NCBI GenBank assembly: GCA_004022145.1
Contig: RCNU01000003.1
Direction: 5' to 3' (one strand)
Source of the DNA: Paecilomyces variotii
Taxonomy: Eukaryota
DNA: 64,000 nt
This document shows, in pieces, positions 48,528 to 63,321 of the stretch; position 1 is the first letter of the stretch, and each line of letters opens with the position of its first letter. The notes under the pieces are model-generated. The model searched no databases. It had not been told where the DNA came from and saw nothing but the letters and a program-made list of their open reading frames with translations. A program made the position numbers and the translations under genes.

Positions 48528-51500
48528 TAGGAGAGGAAGATGATGATTATTATTATTACTCAAGAAGTAAATTAGAACTATGTATGTGGCTGTCTTGTCT
48601 TTTCCCCCCCCTCACCTCCAATTTTTTGCATCCCCCCCCGTTCGATATCGATAACGGGCCCTTGCGCACCGGCCCGCCATTGGTGCGTTTCAGCATCAGA
48701 TGGACAACATTGCCAACGCATAACCCTCCTTGACGGGTAAAAAAAAAAAAGAATTATGGACCCCCCCTCCCACTTTTCGCACCGTTTGTTCGTCCGCGCT
48801 GTGGGCGAAATAAGATCCTAGCTATGCTATGCTATGGTGCAAGTGCCAGCGGAAGTCTAACTTTCTACTAACTATGCGAAGAGAATTGGTGATTTGTCGA
48901 GTGTATATAGTGAGTGGAGTTGGATATATGCATGGCTCTGCGCTCTATGTTGCTTCTTACTGTCTTTGGGGGGGGAAAGAGCTGGGGGTGGTGCCTATCG
49001 TGGTAGGAGATGGAGATGGGAAGGGTGGCGGCGTTGGGAAAATGTCTTGCTGTTGGTGAGTTGGCATGTAGCGGCTGATCGTTGCGTCAGTGAGCAGCAT
49101 GACTGATTGGCATTTGTAGACATGAGATGATGCGACTGTGGCGGAGGGGTCATCTGCAATGGGATTTGGAGATGGCAATGATCTTTTTTTTTCAGCGCGT
49201 ATTGTTGTTGTTTGGTGCTGCTCTGTCAGATCAGGTACTACTTAACGCAGAAAGTTTCGGGTGGTGATATATATATATTGCAAGATCCAGCCTTGTCATT
49301 GTGTAGTGAGGCTCCGTCGCCTTGCATGTACTGGGCATACGCACACTGAATAGAAGAGAAGAAAAAAATGGAGATCGAAAGGGAGAGTATAGATTCGGAT
49401 AAATTAGTATGTGCATGGGGCTGATGCGCCTCGAGTCCTAGTTGTGGCAACGTTGCGCGTCGAGTATAGAGTAGTAGTAACTGGCTGCTGTAGGATACTG
49501 TCCGAATGCCCTAGAGGAGCGCACTTTTTTTTCGGCAGCTGTAGATTATTATTATTATGATTATGGGGAATATCGGAATAAGGTCATAAGCTTAGCTTGG
49601 TATTGGGATGAAGGCTATCTGGCGGTGGGACACCCACCAATTATTATTTACGTTCATCGGATGAAGATTACCACAGGATTGGTCGATAGTTATTCTGGGC
49701 CTAGAAACCCCCAATTAATGCATTCGCCTTCAAGAACTTTTCTAAAGGCTATTGGGCTGAAGCATGCAATGGTGGCCACGAGGAAGTTGCTGTGAGATTC
49801 CTTTGCTATGCAAACGCGTGTCTTCGGCAAGGTACACAGCGAAGAGAGTGTCAGATCGCTTAGATGGGCTCCTGCAGAGCTGGATTTACTCTCGGATTCG
49901 ACATCTCAGCTAAGAGCGGCCCTCGATGACGGGAGTATCCGTTGCTGCAATCCGTATTCTTCCTTTCTTTCTTTTTTCTTCTTTTGGTTGGTGCATGTGC
50001 GTCTATGCTGGTCAGCATGTCAGGGCTGACACAAGGCGCACCTGAAAGAAGGTTGTTGTATTTTGGTCTCACCACTGGGTGCTCTGTCTGCATAGTATTA
50101 GTAGGTATTATCCAGACATCGCCGGTTCGCTCTGGTGGACTCAACAACAAAGACAATCAGCCCCTTTCTTGGGGTTTTGAGTCCGCAGAGGGCCGGGCTC
50201 GGGTCTGTGCTCAAAACACAGGGTCAAACACAGGATAGTCTGCGAATGTTAGTCTCCCAAGGCTGGTGATGAGCAGCAAGGTGCCGTCAAACAAGGCATG
50301 GGACGGGGATCCTGGGAATCCTGGGACGGTGTCAGCAACCGAGCAAGCAGAGAGGGTAACTATCGTATCGCAGGAATTTCGCCTGTGATCTCGAGATCTC
50401 TTTGGGACAAGACTCGGTTGGCCGCTCTCTCGAGCCGAGTTGAGAGGATCCGTCCGATAATTTTATCGGCCGTGCTGGCCGCCCAAGAGGGTCCTGGCGC
50501 TGGTTCTGCTGGGGCAAAACGGGAGATTCGAAACATCATCAGCGCCTGGCACGGGGAGCCCCCCCTATTCCGCCGGCCATCCACGCTCCACCGAACTAGG
50601 GCGATGGCTAATTATTTATTCTTGCCCCAAACGCGCTGCCCGGGTGTCGGAAAGGGAAAAGCAGCGTCGAGCGCCAGGGACGCCATTCGCTTTTTCCCTG
50701 GGTCTTGTAGAAGCTAAGCTGGCGCTCCCTCCCGCGACCCTGTTCCCGTAAATTGTCAGGATGGACCGTACCAGGGAAACGTGAGCGCTTCGCCAACAAC
50801 GAGAGGAGCAATCATCACTCGACGTGCCAGAGAGAAGAAGGCTGGGAGTTAACTTCTGGGGGCTTCAAAAAGAGACAGACTATCGGGGCTATCCCAGGCA
50901 AGGAGGGCCCGTTCCATGAGAAAGCGCCCACCTCGCCAGCCGTGATTGATGAGAGAGAACAAGAGATGATAATGGCGGTTATAGAAGAATCGAGAGTATC
51001 ATCTGCCCAGAAACAAGTCAGTTAGTTAGTTTAATGATAACAAGGAGATATAATTATCATCTGCCATATCTGGTTCAGTCCACAATCTAGTGTGTATTGT
51101 GTAGATGATTGATGATTATTGACAACCACAGCAACCACAACAACAATAAGAATAACTAAATTACCACTGCACAATAGCAACAATAGAAATAAAAATAATA
51201 TCATCCAGAACAACTCGAGCAAAAGGCGGTGCGTGGTCAAGCCCATTGTGAGGTGTTCAGTTCAGTTCAGACCCGCCCAGCGACCCCCAGCCAAACCAAA
51301 CACAACAACGTCTCCGTCTCCGTCTCCAATCGATCACCGCACCCCATCTTGTATTATCCTCCTATCTCTCTTTCTCTTTCTCTCTCCCTTCTTCTCTCTT
51401 CCTCCTCTCTTCCCTTTTTCCTCTTTTTCCTTTTTCCCTTACCCCCCTCAATCTCGCACGCCAGTCGTCCACCCTGCGATCGTGACCAGGCCGGCCCGCC

Positions 51501-52432
51501 GGCTTCTCCAGGTCTTTCCCACGGCGTTTTCTCCTGACGGGTCGAGGCTCTTCCCCCCCGTTCGCGACCTCCCGGTCTGGTTCTGCTCCTGTCGATCATG
51601 CTTTTCGACCCGGTTCGCGCTCCGTTTGTCAATTCAGTCTGCGACCGTGTCCCTGTCAAGCGCTTGGAGTGATTTCGAGCTTCGATCGAGCTGTCAGTCC
51701 AGTCGCGTCGGAAAAGTGAGCTGTCGGTCCTCCCTGTCTCGCGTTACTCCCCGGTCTTGGCAATTCAGCTTTTGATATCTCGAATCCGCCCTCCACCGTT
51801 CGACGTGCTGCTGGATCTGGGTGGACTTTTGAGAAAGAGAGAGAGACACTTTGTTGTTTATGAGAAAGGCTTCTTTTGCTGCAGAGCAGGCATCTCCCAT
51901 TGAGCACATCTCCCGTTCTGTTGTGGACGGGGTTCTGAACGACGCGTCGGGTCTGTCTTGCTGGCCGCGGCCTGGTGTGCCCGTATCGTGCTTACTGCAC
52001 TTTGATCTTTACCTTGTGAGTAGTGAACAACACCACTTGACGCCGTCACCAGGGCGCTGCGTGTGCATAGCCCATAATCAACGGCAATAAGGGTCTTCTC
52101 CGGCTGACCCGATCTGAATGGTCACTCATACAGTACCCCTGCTGCACATCTATCTGGGACATAGGTGATTTGTGGTCAGCAGCAGGCAGTGCTCTTTTTC
52201 GTCTTTTTACTTTCCGACACCCTCTGGAGGGCTTTTCACGTGTACAGTTTCAGAAGTGCATTACATTGAGCCATTGGCGGAGCAACCATATCATCTAACC
52301 TCGTCTTCAACAAGTGAAGGTATGCTATCTACTGCGTTTATGTGAACATCTTCCTGGATAATCGATCTTGTGCGGAACTAACAACAAAGTCCCTAACAGC
52401 ATCTGTACATCTCGGTGCTTGCTTCTCCGGCT

Positions 52433-55400
52433 ATGAGCTCTTCCCACCCACAGCCTCTGCCGTCCACTACCCATGCATCGCCAATCCCGTCGGCCACGGC
52501 GCCTTCGTCCGGACACAACTGGAACCCAGACAGTGTAGGCACTCCGCCGATTCCCCCGCCTCGCACCTCGTCTACCCAACGGGGTCACCACCACTCTGAG
52601 AGAAGTAATGGGTCACGGCATGCTAAGACTCGGACGGACGAGAGGAGGGATCGCAGTGATAAGGAACAAGGCGTGAATGGACGTGAGGGCACCATGGACG
52701 ACAGCAGAGGTACTTCTTCCCGACACAGAGGCGCGCAGCCCTCCGATGCTTCCACCCCGGCGACGCAGCCTACTGTGGAGAAAGAGTCGAGCACGGTTCT
52801 CGACCGGACGGTCATTACCGATCCGGCAGTAGACGTTGCGAGGGAGAAAGAACGCCAATTGGAAGCAACTACTGCCTCTGGAATCACTCCTGTCACTGGC
52901 CTAGGTTTAGTGGGCAGCGAGGGTGTTGACGATGGGGGCCGCGGTGGACATCGAAGCCGGCATGACTACTCGAGCAACTCTTCGAAACGGCGAGAGACAT
53001 CATTTGGGCAGTATATCTTAGGTCAGACTCTGGGTGAGGGTGAATTCGGCAAAGTCAAACTTGGCTGGAAGAAAGATGGCAGTATCCAAGTCGCTATCAA
53101 GCTGATCAGGCGGGAGAGCTTGGGATCTAATCCCAGTAGACTTCCTAAGATTTACCGGGAAATCTCTATCCTCCGTGACCTGTCCCATCCCAACATTGTC
53201 CGACTGCACGAGATGGTAGAAACGGATCGACACATCGGTATCATCATGGAGTATGCTTCGGGCGGTGAGCTCTTCGATCATATCTTAAACAACCGCTATC
53301 TCAAGGATAATGCGGCCCGACGTCTTTTTGCCCAATTGGTTTCTGGCGTCGGCTATCTGCACAAAAAGGGCATCGTTCACCGTGATCTCAAATTAGAAAA
53401 TTTGCTGCTGGACAGAAATCGCAACATCATCATCACTGATTTTGGGTTCGCAAACACATTCAACCCTACTGATGAACTCGGGGAAGAGATCGAATACAAT
53501 CTGACAAACCGCGAATTTGTGAAGCGGATGCGTTTAGATAAGGTGGACGCCAACGGGCTGCGACGAGGTGACCTCATGCAGACGAGTTGTGGGAGTCCGT
53601 GTTATGCGGCCCCCGAACTTGTGGTCAGCGATTCACTTTACACCGGACGGAAGGTGGACGTGTGGAGTTGCGGAGTGATCTTGGTGAGCATGTCCAGCCT
53701 AAACATTGATGGGGGGAAAAGAAAAAATTGGCTGACTTAGTGCAAATTTCAGTATGCCATGCTTGCTGGCTATCTGCCGTTTGACGACGATCCTGCGAAC
53801 CCAGAGGGTGATAACATCAACTTGCTGTACAAATACATTGTTACCACGCCGCTGACCTTCCCCGAATATGTTACACCTCACGCGCGCGATCTCTTGAGGC
53901 GGATCCTCGTTCCTGATCCGAGAAAGCGTGCTGACCTCTTTGAAGTGGCTCGTCACAGCTGGCTCAGCGAATACTCGCATATTGTGTCTCACATCACCAG
54001 CAATACCACCAATGTCTCTGATATTGCAAACACGACTGTACCTGCAGGTAAGTTTAATCTTTATTTCATCTTTTTTTTTTCTCCGCAAACGCAAAAGTTC
54101 TCTATATTGCACCGTATGCGCTAACCTTTCATCGTAGAAGACGCTGCAATTGAGGCACCAGCGCTTACTCGCAGTGCTTCGGTCAGGGAGCCTCCGAAGA
54201 GTCACCAAGCAGCCTTACCCACCGTTGGCGGTCTCAATCACCAGCAGGGCAAGATTTCCCCTGATCAACCCGCGGAGAGATCTAAAACTCAGCGTGATGC
54301 CAAGCGGAGAACGGTTCAGGTCGAATACGTTGCGCCTCAGTCTCAGACGGCTCGCGGTGAATCGTCAGCTGCGGGCGCCTCTGCTAACGCTAGCAGACCT
54401 TCCAGAGCTTCGGGGACCCGTGGGTATGCAAATCAGACAGCTCCTACAAGTTCGTCCCAGGACATGCCTCCGTCTCAGAACGTGGCGGCCGAGTCTGCCG
54501 CGCGGGGTGACTATTCTAAGACCTCCGCGGTCAATCAAGGGGCACCCGATATTCCTCGGTCCATGTCAGACTCAGCTGGAACCTTTATTGGACACCATGC
54601 TGCCGCCCCGCAGAACGCTCGTCCAACTACCGGTGGTTCGATGAATTCGATCAATGCTGGTAGACTGCCGTCTAGAGGATCCTATGGACAACCGGTCGCT
54701 CCCACTGTGGCAGCCACCAATGCGCAGGGACGGCTGGCACAGCCTAAGAATGGCAAGCAATATGTGATATCAAGCCCCATCCCTCAGCAGCCCGGTCACG
54801 CCTCCACCATGTCAATTGGTCGCCCCAGTGCTCAAGAGCTACCGGCGAAGTTTAGCGGAGCCCTGGAACCGCCTAAGGGTCACAAGAGATCTAACACCGT
54901 CACTGGAATTGGTGAAAAGCTGTTCGGAAGGTCAGGTACCCTGTTTTCGGGTCGTACGTCGCAGGCTGGCGTTCCTCGGTCGAGGACAGGAAAACGCTAC
55001 CCTCCAACGAGCATGAAAGAACCCTTTTCCACTGACAGCTCAAGGGTGTCAACGGATTCTCGTCGCTCGCTCTCGTATGCTCTTGGACGCAAGCAAAGTG
55101 AGGGTAATCAGGAGCCCAGGCCACGCCGCTTCTCTCTTCTTCCAGCATCCTTCTCGTTGAAAGGATTCGGCTCGGGAAGTAGATCCCAGACTCCTGAAGG
55201 AGAGCCTCAGATGACCCAAGTTCAAGATCATGTTCAAGATCTCACTCAGTCCGTGGATAGTTATGGTCAGCACCGACCATCAACCGGTCCCACGAATGAT
55301 GGGCAACGAGAGCCGAGTTTCGGCACCCATGAGTCTACCAGGATCCAGGAAGGCCCAAGCGACGATATTTCAGCTCAAATCGACCAGCATTTTGCCACGC

Positions 55401-55732
55401 TCCATGGTCAAGAGAGCCCGTATCCATATGACTCCTACCCTAGCCCCTCTGCGGATCATGTCTATGAAAACAGCCTCCAACAGCCGTACTCGAATCAGCC
55501 GAGTCCTTTCCAGGAAGCGTACAACAGCAATTACTCGGACCTATCCAGGCCCTCGATGCAGGCTGGCAGATCTGGAAAGGGTAGCGTGCTGCTGAAGAAT
55601 AATCGGAAATTTGCCGATGCGTACGAGTATGAGAGAGACCTCTCACACCATTCCGGTAGCTCAGGCGCAGCAAGGAAAGTCATGGACTTCTTCCGACGAC
55701 GAGGCAAGGCCAGAGTCGGCGATGACAGGTGA
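52433..55732 (+). CDS. kfsA: Kin4-family Ser/Thr kinase (KfsA-like)
   Basis: GEGEFGKVK, VAIK, HRDLKLEN, DFGFAN with the Kin4-type long insert, TSCGSPCYAAPE, C-terminal SSGAARKVMDFFRRR. Two coding introns plus a probable 5'UTR intron at 52320-52399. Confidence 0.88.
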
Positions 55733-56885
55733 TCTGACTTTTAGGGTCCAGAGCTCCTCTATGTCTGCCCCAAGGTCTGGGAGGCTTTTGCGCCCTACAG
55801 CCAACACATGCCCTTGAACCACCAATTATGCAAAATTTAATTGTTTCTCGCGCTGCGATCCATCACCCTGAGTGCAGCATCCTCTTCTAATTGCACTCCA
55901 GAAGATTGCTCAAACAAATCCGGTCACGCCTTGAGTGGCACCTCCGTGAATCAGTCAGCCTGAATAAGGCGAAAATTTATGGGAATACCCATTTGCACTA
56001 CCGTCGTATGGAGGAGGAATATATTGAGCGTGTATGACTATCGGAATATTGCGAGACAGGAGAAAGCACACAAGTCATTTGGATACCCCATGATACCCGC
56101 ACAGCTTCTTCCCGTTCTGTTGCATGCAGCAAGCGATTGGTGTGGTCAAGTGAGTTGCTCGTCATTGCGCCGTGCTATAAGCGTTTCTTGTTCTCACACA
56201 TACATACCTAATTATCTAGCATATTTCTTCCCCTTCCCCCCCCCCCTTGTTAAGAATAAAGTGTTTTCATTTCCTTTGTCCAAACTTTGGTTCTTTCCGT
56301 TTCTTCCCTGTAAAGTGATATCATCCAGTTCTCTTTCTGTGCTTCTTTGGCGGGGTCTTTTTTGTTTTGTTTTCTTCTCTCGAGCTTCTAATCTCTCTTC
56401 GAGGTGGACGGCTCTTTTCGGGATGGCAGACGCAACGGCGGATCCCTGAACAATATTGATCTGAGTTTTGCATATTCTCGCTCCGGTCCTAAAACATATT
56501 ACTCTAGTCCCTTGTTTTTTTCTTCCTGTTCTTCTACCTTGCGAGGTCTTGTTCACCGGTGGGGACGCCTTGGGAATCGTGCCAGAAACCGTGCCCCCTT
56601 AAACCTAGTCTTCTGTGTGCAGAGTTTATTCCCCCATCTTACATAGTTTATTTGCTTTCCTTTCCTGATTCCGCATTTACGGGTCCATCATCATCGGTTT
56701 CCGTGTCTCATATCTTAGCCTTGTATGTCGCGTGAATAAGTAGCGGCAAATTTCAATGAACAATCGAGTACGGGTCCTAGGACCCGATAGATTATCTTGT
56801 TCAGACTTGCGCAAACATGGTAGAGAAAGATCATAGTTAGTCTAAGAGATCTATATTCCATGCGGCCTCCCAAGTCATATATTCA

Positions 56886-59044
56886 TTACCATCTAAACTC
56901 CTACATCCTCGATGTCAGCAGGTCGTTTCCACGAAAATAAACGCATACTTTCCCGACTTACCTCGCTATATAATGTGATCGACGGGCCATTGTCGTAAAC
57001 ATCTCGACTCACACCCTCCCGTGTCCTATCTACGAGATCACCAGGCCCGCATACTCCAACAGCAATACGGTCTTTTGGATCTGTACATGAGATCGTAGCT
57101 TCAATCAAATCAGAAATATTCGGGCGCCCTTGATGTATATTCATAGAAAAAGGCAGTTTCTCCTTCGTCGTTTCTGGAGCAGCGCCCTTCTCGATATCAT
57201 AGACCGTGGTCTCTGCCGTCGGAGAGGAAGGATCAGAATCAGAGCAGTCAGGTGAAGACGGAGTAGGGATTCCAGTGACTTCGTCTATGGCCATTGCATA
57301 TCGAGTAATGTAGGTATGGAAGTTGATCCGAGGGTCCGATTGGAGTTCACGCAGCTCATTGTCGTACCACGTTAAGATGTCTGTATCAGTTAGTTATACT
57401 CTCAGCTTTTGTTCAAGTTTCTCTGATAGGGGGGGATATGAGGGGGTTTCACGAACCTTGAGACCGCACCGCCCAAATAAAATCAATACGCTTCACATCT
57501 GACTTTCTCCGGATCAAGTCCAGAGCAATAGCAAACGTAAAACTTGCACCGCTTCCACCCGCTATAAGAATCACTGTATCGAACTGTTTGAAATTCAAAA
57601 CCTGTCCGTATCCTCCATCAATGGAACATCGGAGCTTCTGCTCCTTTTTGTGCTCCCCAGAGGCATATTTCCACAAGTCTCTCGTAAATCCATCATGGAC
57701 CTTGATAACGAACTCGGGCGGATCCGTCGTCAACATCGTGAATGGATGTGTCTCGATCAGTCGAATGGCGGGGATCCAGAGGAAAGCATGAGATCCAGCC
57801 ACGGCTCTCACGGGGCGAGAGAGGCGCACTCGAATCGCACCGTCTGGGAGAGCAGTGAGGGTGGCGTAGTTTCTGGGAAAGTTCCAGCAGATCTTCAAGA
57901 AGCGAAGTAATCGGTCTGTGAACCAGAGACAGGCTGTGAAGATGATGATTATCACGGTTGATGTGGAGAATTTCGGACGGTGCATGGCTACCATGATGAG
58001 GATGAGTAGGAACATGATGAGGTGGATGAGGTAGAATACTGTGCAGACAGGCATTTAGTCTTTTTGCACCGTTATCAGGGGTAATAAAAGCAGGCACAAC
58101 TTTCGCTTTCGCCTTTTTTTTTTGGACGAGCTCTCACCTTCATAATAACGTCGATACACCAACGGCACCGTCGAAACAGCAATGATCAGCATGGCAATGC
58201 CAGCAACCAACCCCGCAATCTGGTTAGTCTTGAGCATAGACTTTAGGTTTCCGGACTTTGACCACGCGCTCAAATACACGATGGCATGCATCCATACTGA
58301 GAAGATGCATGTGTATCCTGCTACTTTGTGGAGGGGGCGGAGTTTTTCGTAGGAATTGGCTGATAGCGGGGCTAAGGGTGTGTTTCGAAGAGCGAGGAAA
58401 ACTAGGAGGACGAAGTTTGCTACTGTTATCCTATGGAGAAACGTGTTAGGATATAACTATGTAGGGTGGATATGTGTTAGCTGGGGAGGGATGAATGGAT
58501 ATATACCAGCCGAATCGTTTGGCGACCTGAGTGTGTCATTGTTAGTTTGGATTATCTTCATTATATTGAGTAAGAAGTAGTAGTTATTGTATTGGAAGAC
58601 GTATAAAGAAAGAAAGAAAGAAAGAATGTTACTGACATATATGAGATTACTCAAGTCCACATTCGTCAGAGCTAAGATCAGGTTAATTCCCCAGTAGAGA
58701 CCGTATAGGATCATTCTATGAACCGAAACGCCGGCGAGTTTTCTAGAAAGAAAGCGATAAATCTTCCTGGATTGGTTTTTCTATCAGTATGCCGCGAAAG
58801 GAGAAAACGGAATTCGGTATAGAGCCAGCCCTAACCTCTGGTATGTAACGACTTTGGAGATGATAGGGTTGTTTTTTTCCCGCCCTTTTTGGAAATATAG
58901 GACATTTATCCAATGATATACTATGCCAATTACCATCATAGCGCCGATGGCTATTGCAAAGTACTTATTGCTCCATTCGTTGTTCTTTTGGCGAAGCTGT
59001 GTCGCCTGACCCCCTCGGGGTAGGATCTTGGATCGAGTGTCCAT
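56886..59044 (-). CDS. Ferric reductase (Fre family)
   Basis: TM region with His residues (LLHAIVYL, LIHLIMF), FAD motif ETHPFT, IDGGYG, NADPH motif LIAGGSGASF, VCGP and terminal EEFRW*; several introns. Confidence 0.88.
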
Positions 59045-59429
59045 GGTGCTTTTCTTTCCTGGAAGGGATATCAAGAAGAAGGAGAGAAGAAGGGTTGGGA
59101 ATGGTTTATAAGGATGTACAGTTCTCTGTCCATGAGGGAAAAGTGAAATGGGAAACGAAAAGATAGCACGTCGTAGTTCTCAACTCAGTGCCTCATTTCG
59201 GGTTTATCTTCCTCTTTATCGATGAAAGAAAAGCAATTTTCACCGAAGACATAAACTGCGCCATGGAAAGTAGAAGATGGTCAAGAGGGGCACAGAGCGA
59301 AGACGCTTCAAATCCCGCTTTCTCATAATTATTGACGCCCACGTGTGGGAGTGCCATTTCCAACCCAAAAGAGTCTGACTGGTGGGTTCGCTAAGGGCTA
59401 CAAGGACAGATTGGATTGGAACGGTCAAG

Positions 59430-59726
59430 ATCTGATAAGGAATTTAACTTTTACTATACGTCTCGATCTCCTTGGCAAAAATGCTTCTCTGTTTGGTGTC
59501 CCCGTTGACTGGGTCCTCTGCCCATCGTCTGGTTGCGTTGCATAGATATAACCGGAAGATGAGGAATAGTTGCAATGTACGCCAGAGAGAAACAGAAACA
59601 ATTTTCACTGCTCCTATGAGTTATATTAAATCCTCTGGACAGGCTGTCGATCGTCATCTTGACTTCTGTTGCCGAAAGCGTGGCCAGTAGTTTCGGGTAG
59701 GGAGGAGATTTCCTGGAATCAGATAA
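59430..59726 (+). promoter_or_regulatory. SreA-type sites upstream of the ferric reductase
   Basis: ATCTGATAA at 59430-59438 and ATCAGATAA at 59718-59726. Confidence 0.7.
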
Positions 59727-60706
59727 GATCAGATTTTTGCTCTAGGTACTTAGTTTTACCCACCGTACATCCCCACATATCCACGTTGGCGAGACTCATC
59801 TATTCTGTTTTAATCCACGCCTTTCGGCTCAACTAACTCCATTTTGGTTTCTTTCTTAGGTCATCTGATCAGTTTCCTATCTCGTCGGCGTCTTGTATCC
59901 GTGGTTCAGCAGTTATCTTAGCTGATCTTATCAATCAGGGAAACGAAACAGGCGCCAGAATCATCACAGGCGTTGGGCTAAACGAAGCTTGTCTAGAAAA
60001 GCTTACGCAATAATAATAATAAGGAGCGGCTAGAGTAGGTACGGCCCGGAAGATTTTTTTTCGCAAGTGTGATGGTGATCGTCCATCCGTGAGTCTGCCA
60101 GCCGATGAGGTATTTTCGCGAATTTTCGGTCGAGTTTCAGAAGCTGCACGAGCTTGAGTGCCTACTGTTGTTTTCTATACATACCCACATTATTTTACGG
60201 TCTATCGGAGATTTTACCTAATGGAGGATTGGCATGTGCTTGGTGAGGACGTCCATGGCAACTATGGGGCTGGCTCGTATAGACGGCAGAAGAAAAGAAA
60301 GAAAAGAAAAGAAAAGAAAGCCACTTGGTGAAGGAGAATTAGCTGCGCTTCTCGCGGGAAAATGTCGGTCTTGTCAGATACGGTCTGTGTGCCACACGGT
60401 TTACTATCTTTACTCGGGTAGAATTTCCTGTCGTTGGAACTTCAAAGAAGCAAATATCAAACGGGAGCTGGAAGAGGGGAGTATGTCTAACTGTGAAGTA
60501 GGTTATTGTTTGTTTTTCTCTGCTTTTTTCAGTGATGTGGGTTATTAATTGGTATAGGGAGTAATAACTATTTTCGTGTGCAAATATTTCATTCATGCTT
60601 TTCATTTATACGTAAAAAAAGGCGATGGACCATAACTCATCATCCTATTATCATCCACTCTCGTCCCTATCCTCAAATATGAACTTCAACTGACTATTCT
60701 CAATGC

Positions 60707-61894
60707 TCACTTCGGCTGCTCTACCTGCAGGACAGCCGCATTTCGGGTATCGTTTTGTGCCTGGCGGATGATGTCCTCCGCGTCCTCGCGCGAGACAGCA
60801 AGTTTACGCTTGACGTAGGTCCGCAGACCTGGGACCTTAAGCATAGTGTCGATAATCTGCTTCTTCAGCGGCAGGGAGCCGGTGCGTTCTTCGTAGAGCA
60901 TGCAGCCAATGCAGACGATGATAAAAAGCCAATAGATGTTGTACGCGAGGATAGAGCCGTAAGTGCCGGTATTCTGCCAGCCCAGCACGGCATTGAAGAC
61001 GTCCCAACCGTTATCGATCTCCGGGTTGCAGCAGTTGATGTGCCACACGGTAGTGGCGATGTCGTACGAGCCCGGACCATCGCCGGACTCTCCAACATCA
61101 CTGCCCACCTTTTGCGAAAAGGTGTTGAACTGCAGACTCCAAACGGACTTGGAGAACATACCGGCAGCGATGAGGTAGAGCACGCAAGTCGAGAAGATCA
61201 GGAACAGTTGAATGGTCATGACATTACCACCACGGTAGAGGAGTAGTCCGACCACAAGGCCTGCAATAATACCGCAGACGACTGGCAGAGGGAACGCCGT
61301 GGCTGGCAAGCCAAGGGACACGCCTCCGACAAAGACAACAGCTTCCAGACCTTCACGTAGAGTGGTGATAAAGGGCAGGAAGAACATGACATAACGGCGC
61401 GACAACTCGCTGAACCAGCCTGTGGCCGTGCGGTGCTTGCGATGCGCGACGAGCGCCTGGGCGATCTTGACCTTCCATTTCTCCTTGGTCTTGTTGATAC
61501 GCAACAGAGCCAGACCCATAATTGTAACTGAAATAGTAGTTAGCTAACCCTCCGCCGTGCCTAATAATGCTAGGGTGAATTTCGACATACCTATAATTGC
61601 AGCGATCAGATAAAAGATTCCCTCCCAAAGATCCTCTGATGCAGCCCAGATGTCGCGTCCGAGACCGTAGAACACTCCAATAAAGGCGCCTCCGATACAC
61701 AGACAGATGAGAATACCCAACATTGAACCAACCCAGACTTGCCGTACCAGCCGTTTATAGACCGCCTGGTCTTGATCGGGTTGGCCCAGACATTGTTTCA
61801 GGAAGGACAGCAGCACGGAGATGATAATGACTGCCTCGAGACATTCACGAAAGACGATGAAGAAGACCTGCACTCCGAAGACGTTCTGTCCCAT
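60707..61894 (-). CDS. ftrA: High-affinity iron permease (Ftr1/FtrA family)
   Basis: Two REXXE motifs (FRECLE, LREGLE), SEDLWEGIF, SYDI..TVWHINCCNPE, GWQNTGTYGS; one intron at about 61590-61527. Confidence 0.95.
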
Positions 61895-62351
61895 GGCGAC
61901 CACCACCGGCTTGAGCGTCCGGTATCAAACGTCGGGAGTATCTGGTTTGCAAGAAGAACAAGGGGTTTTCCGTTCCTTTGGAAGAGGAGAAAATAACAGT
62001 CGGTGCTCGCAGCAGTTTTAAAAGATCAGCGAGGACGGAGCGTGTTCGGACCAGCATCCCACGCACGGGGTCTGGTTGTACCACACATTGGAGGAGTAAA
62101 TTAAAAGGCTCGTCGCCTATCTTCATCTACTTTTACCCGACACTACTACTCCACATGGGGCAGGTGAACTTTCTGTGACTTTCGCTGACCGGAGGCTTTT
62201 TTTTTGGGCGGGATGGACCGTCCCAAAGGAACAAGGACAGTCCGTTTCCTCGCAGGCTTTGGCTTTGGCTTGTTCACGATGCCGAGTTCAGTTAGTGTCG
62301 ATAGAAGATCTTATCTCAGTTGGCCCAAGAGTGTGCACGGTGGAGCTACTA

Positions 62352-62360
62352 TTATCTGAT
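62352..62360 (-). promoter_or_regulatory. SreA-type site in the ftrA/fetC divergent promoter
   Basis: TTATCTGAT (ATCAGATAA on the minus strand); near-match ATCAGATTA at 62991. Confidence 0.65.
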
Positions 62361-63321
62361 TCCGCATATCTGATTGATATGATTGATAGGATCGAACAGC
62401 CCGACATCCACTTAGTCTCTGTCTCGCCCATCACCCATTCCAAGGACAACTCCCTCCACGTTCGAGCTAAACCGACGCCTCAACAGCCGTTATGATTGAT
62501 TTTTTTTCCCATGGTCGTATGATCCGGCCATGAGCGGAGGATCGGTCCAGATGTGCCATTGTGCAGCAAAAAAGAAAAAGAAACGGTGCACATGCCCTCG
62601 TTGTTTTCTGGCCATTTTCTGATGATTCTGCTAGTCTGCTCTGCCCAAGAGACCGTGGACCACCAAGAAACCTTGTCCCCCCCGCTGAGGAGGCTTAGGA
62701 AAAGCTTAGAAAGGCTTGTCCGAGACGGAATTTTTTCTGATATGGGGTAATTTAATATTAGCATCTGCCATGTGTTTCCCGAATACGTGCTGATCTCGAT
62801 CCAGCATGTACCAACCCCTCCTGAAACAAGTCTGACCCATATTAATAATGATTATCGTGCTGTTAGCCTCCTTCTTAGTGCCCATCGAGGGGGATGGTTT
62901 GATAGCGTCTCCGGTCCGTGCGAGGAAGCAACATGGACGCTCCCAATCTACGAGTGATTATAATATGTCTCCGGTGGCGCACACTCACGGATCAGATTAG
63001 ATGGTCACACCAAATCCCGATGCCTTTCCGCTCGTAATTGTCCCACAGCAGGTGGTTTGGATTATTGACTAGAGCCTTGGTAAGTTCAGCCGAGAATCGG
63101 ACCTCCGCGCAAAAGCAAAGATCTTTTTGCCGCCGCGCATTATCTCGCAGCAGTCGCAAGCTCTTTAACAAGATCAAAACGCCGGTCAACTTGCCAACTC
63201 ACGGTTCTCCCCTTTCTCACGGCCAGCGTCCGTGTCTGAAATTGTCGCAGGACCCGTGCGCAATTGCGGTTTTCGCTGTCCTTGTGGTCTGCGATATCAT
63301 TTTTTCTCCAGTGTTTCCAGC

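Noticed and set aside
51119-51775. 218-aa ORF upstream of the kinase
   Set aside because: Made of low-complexity CAA and CT tracts, has no ATG start and shows no recognisable domain.
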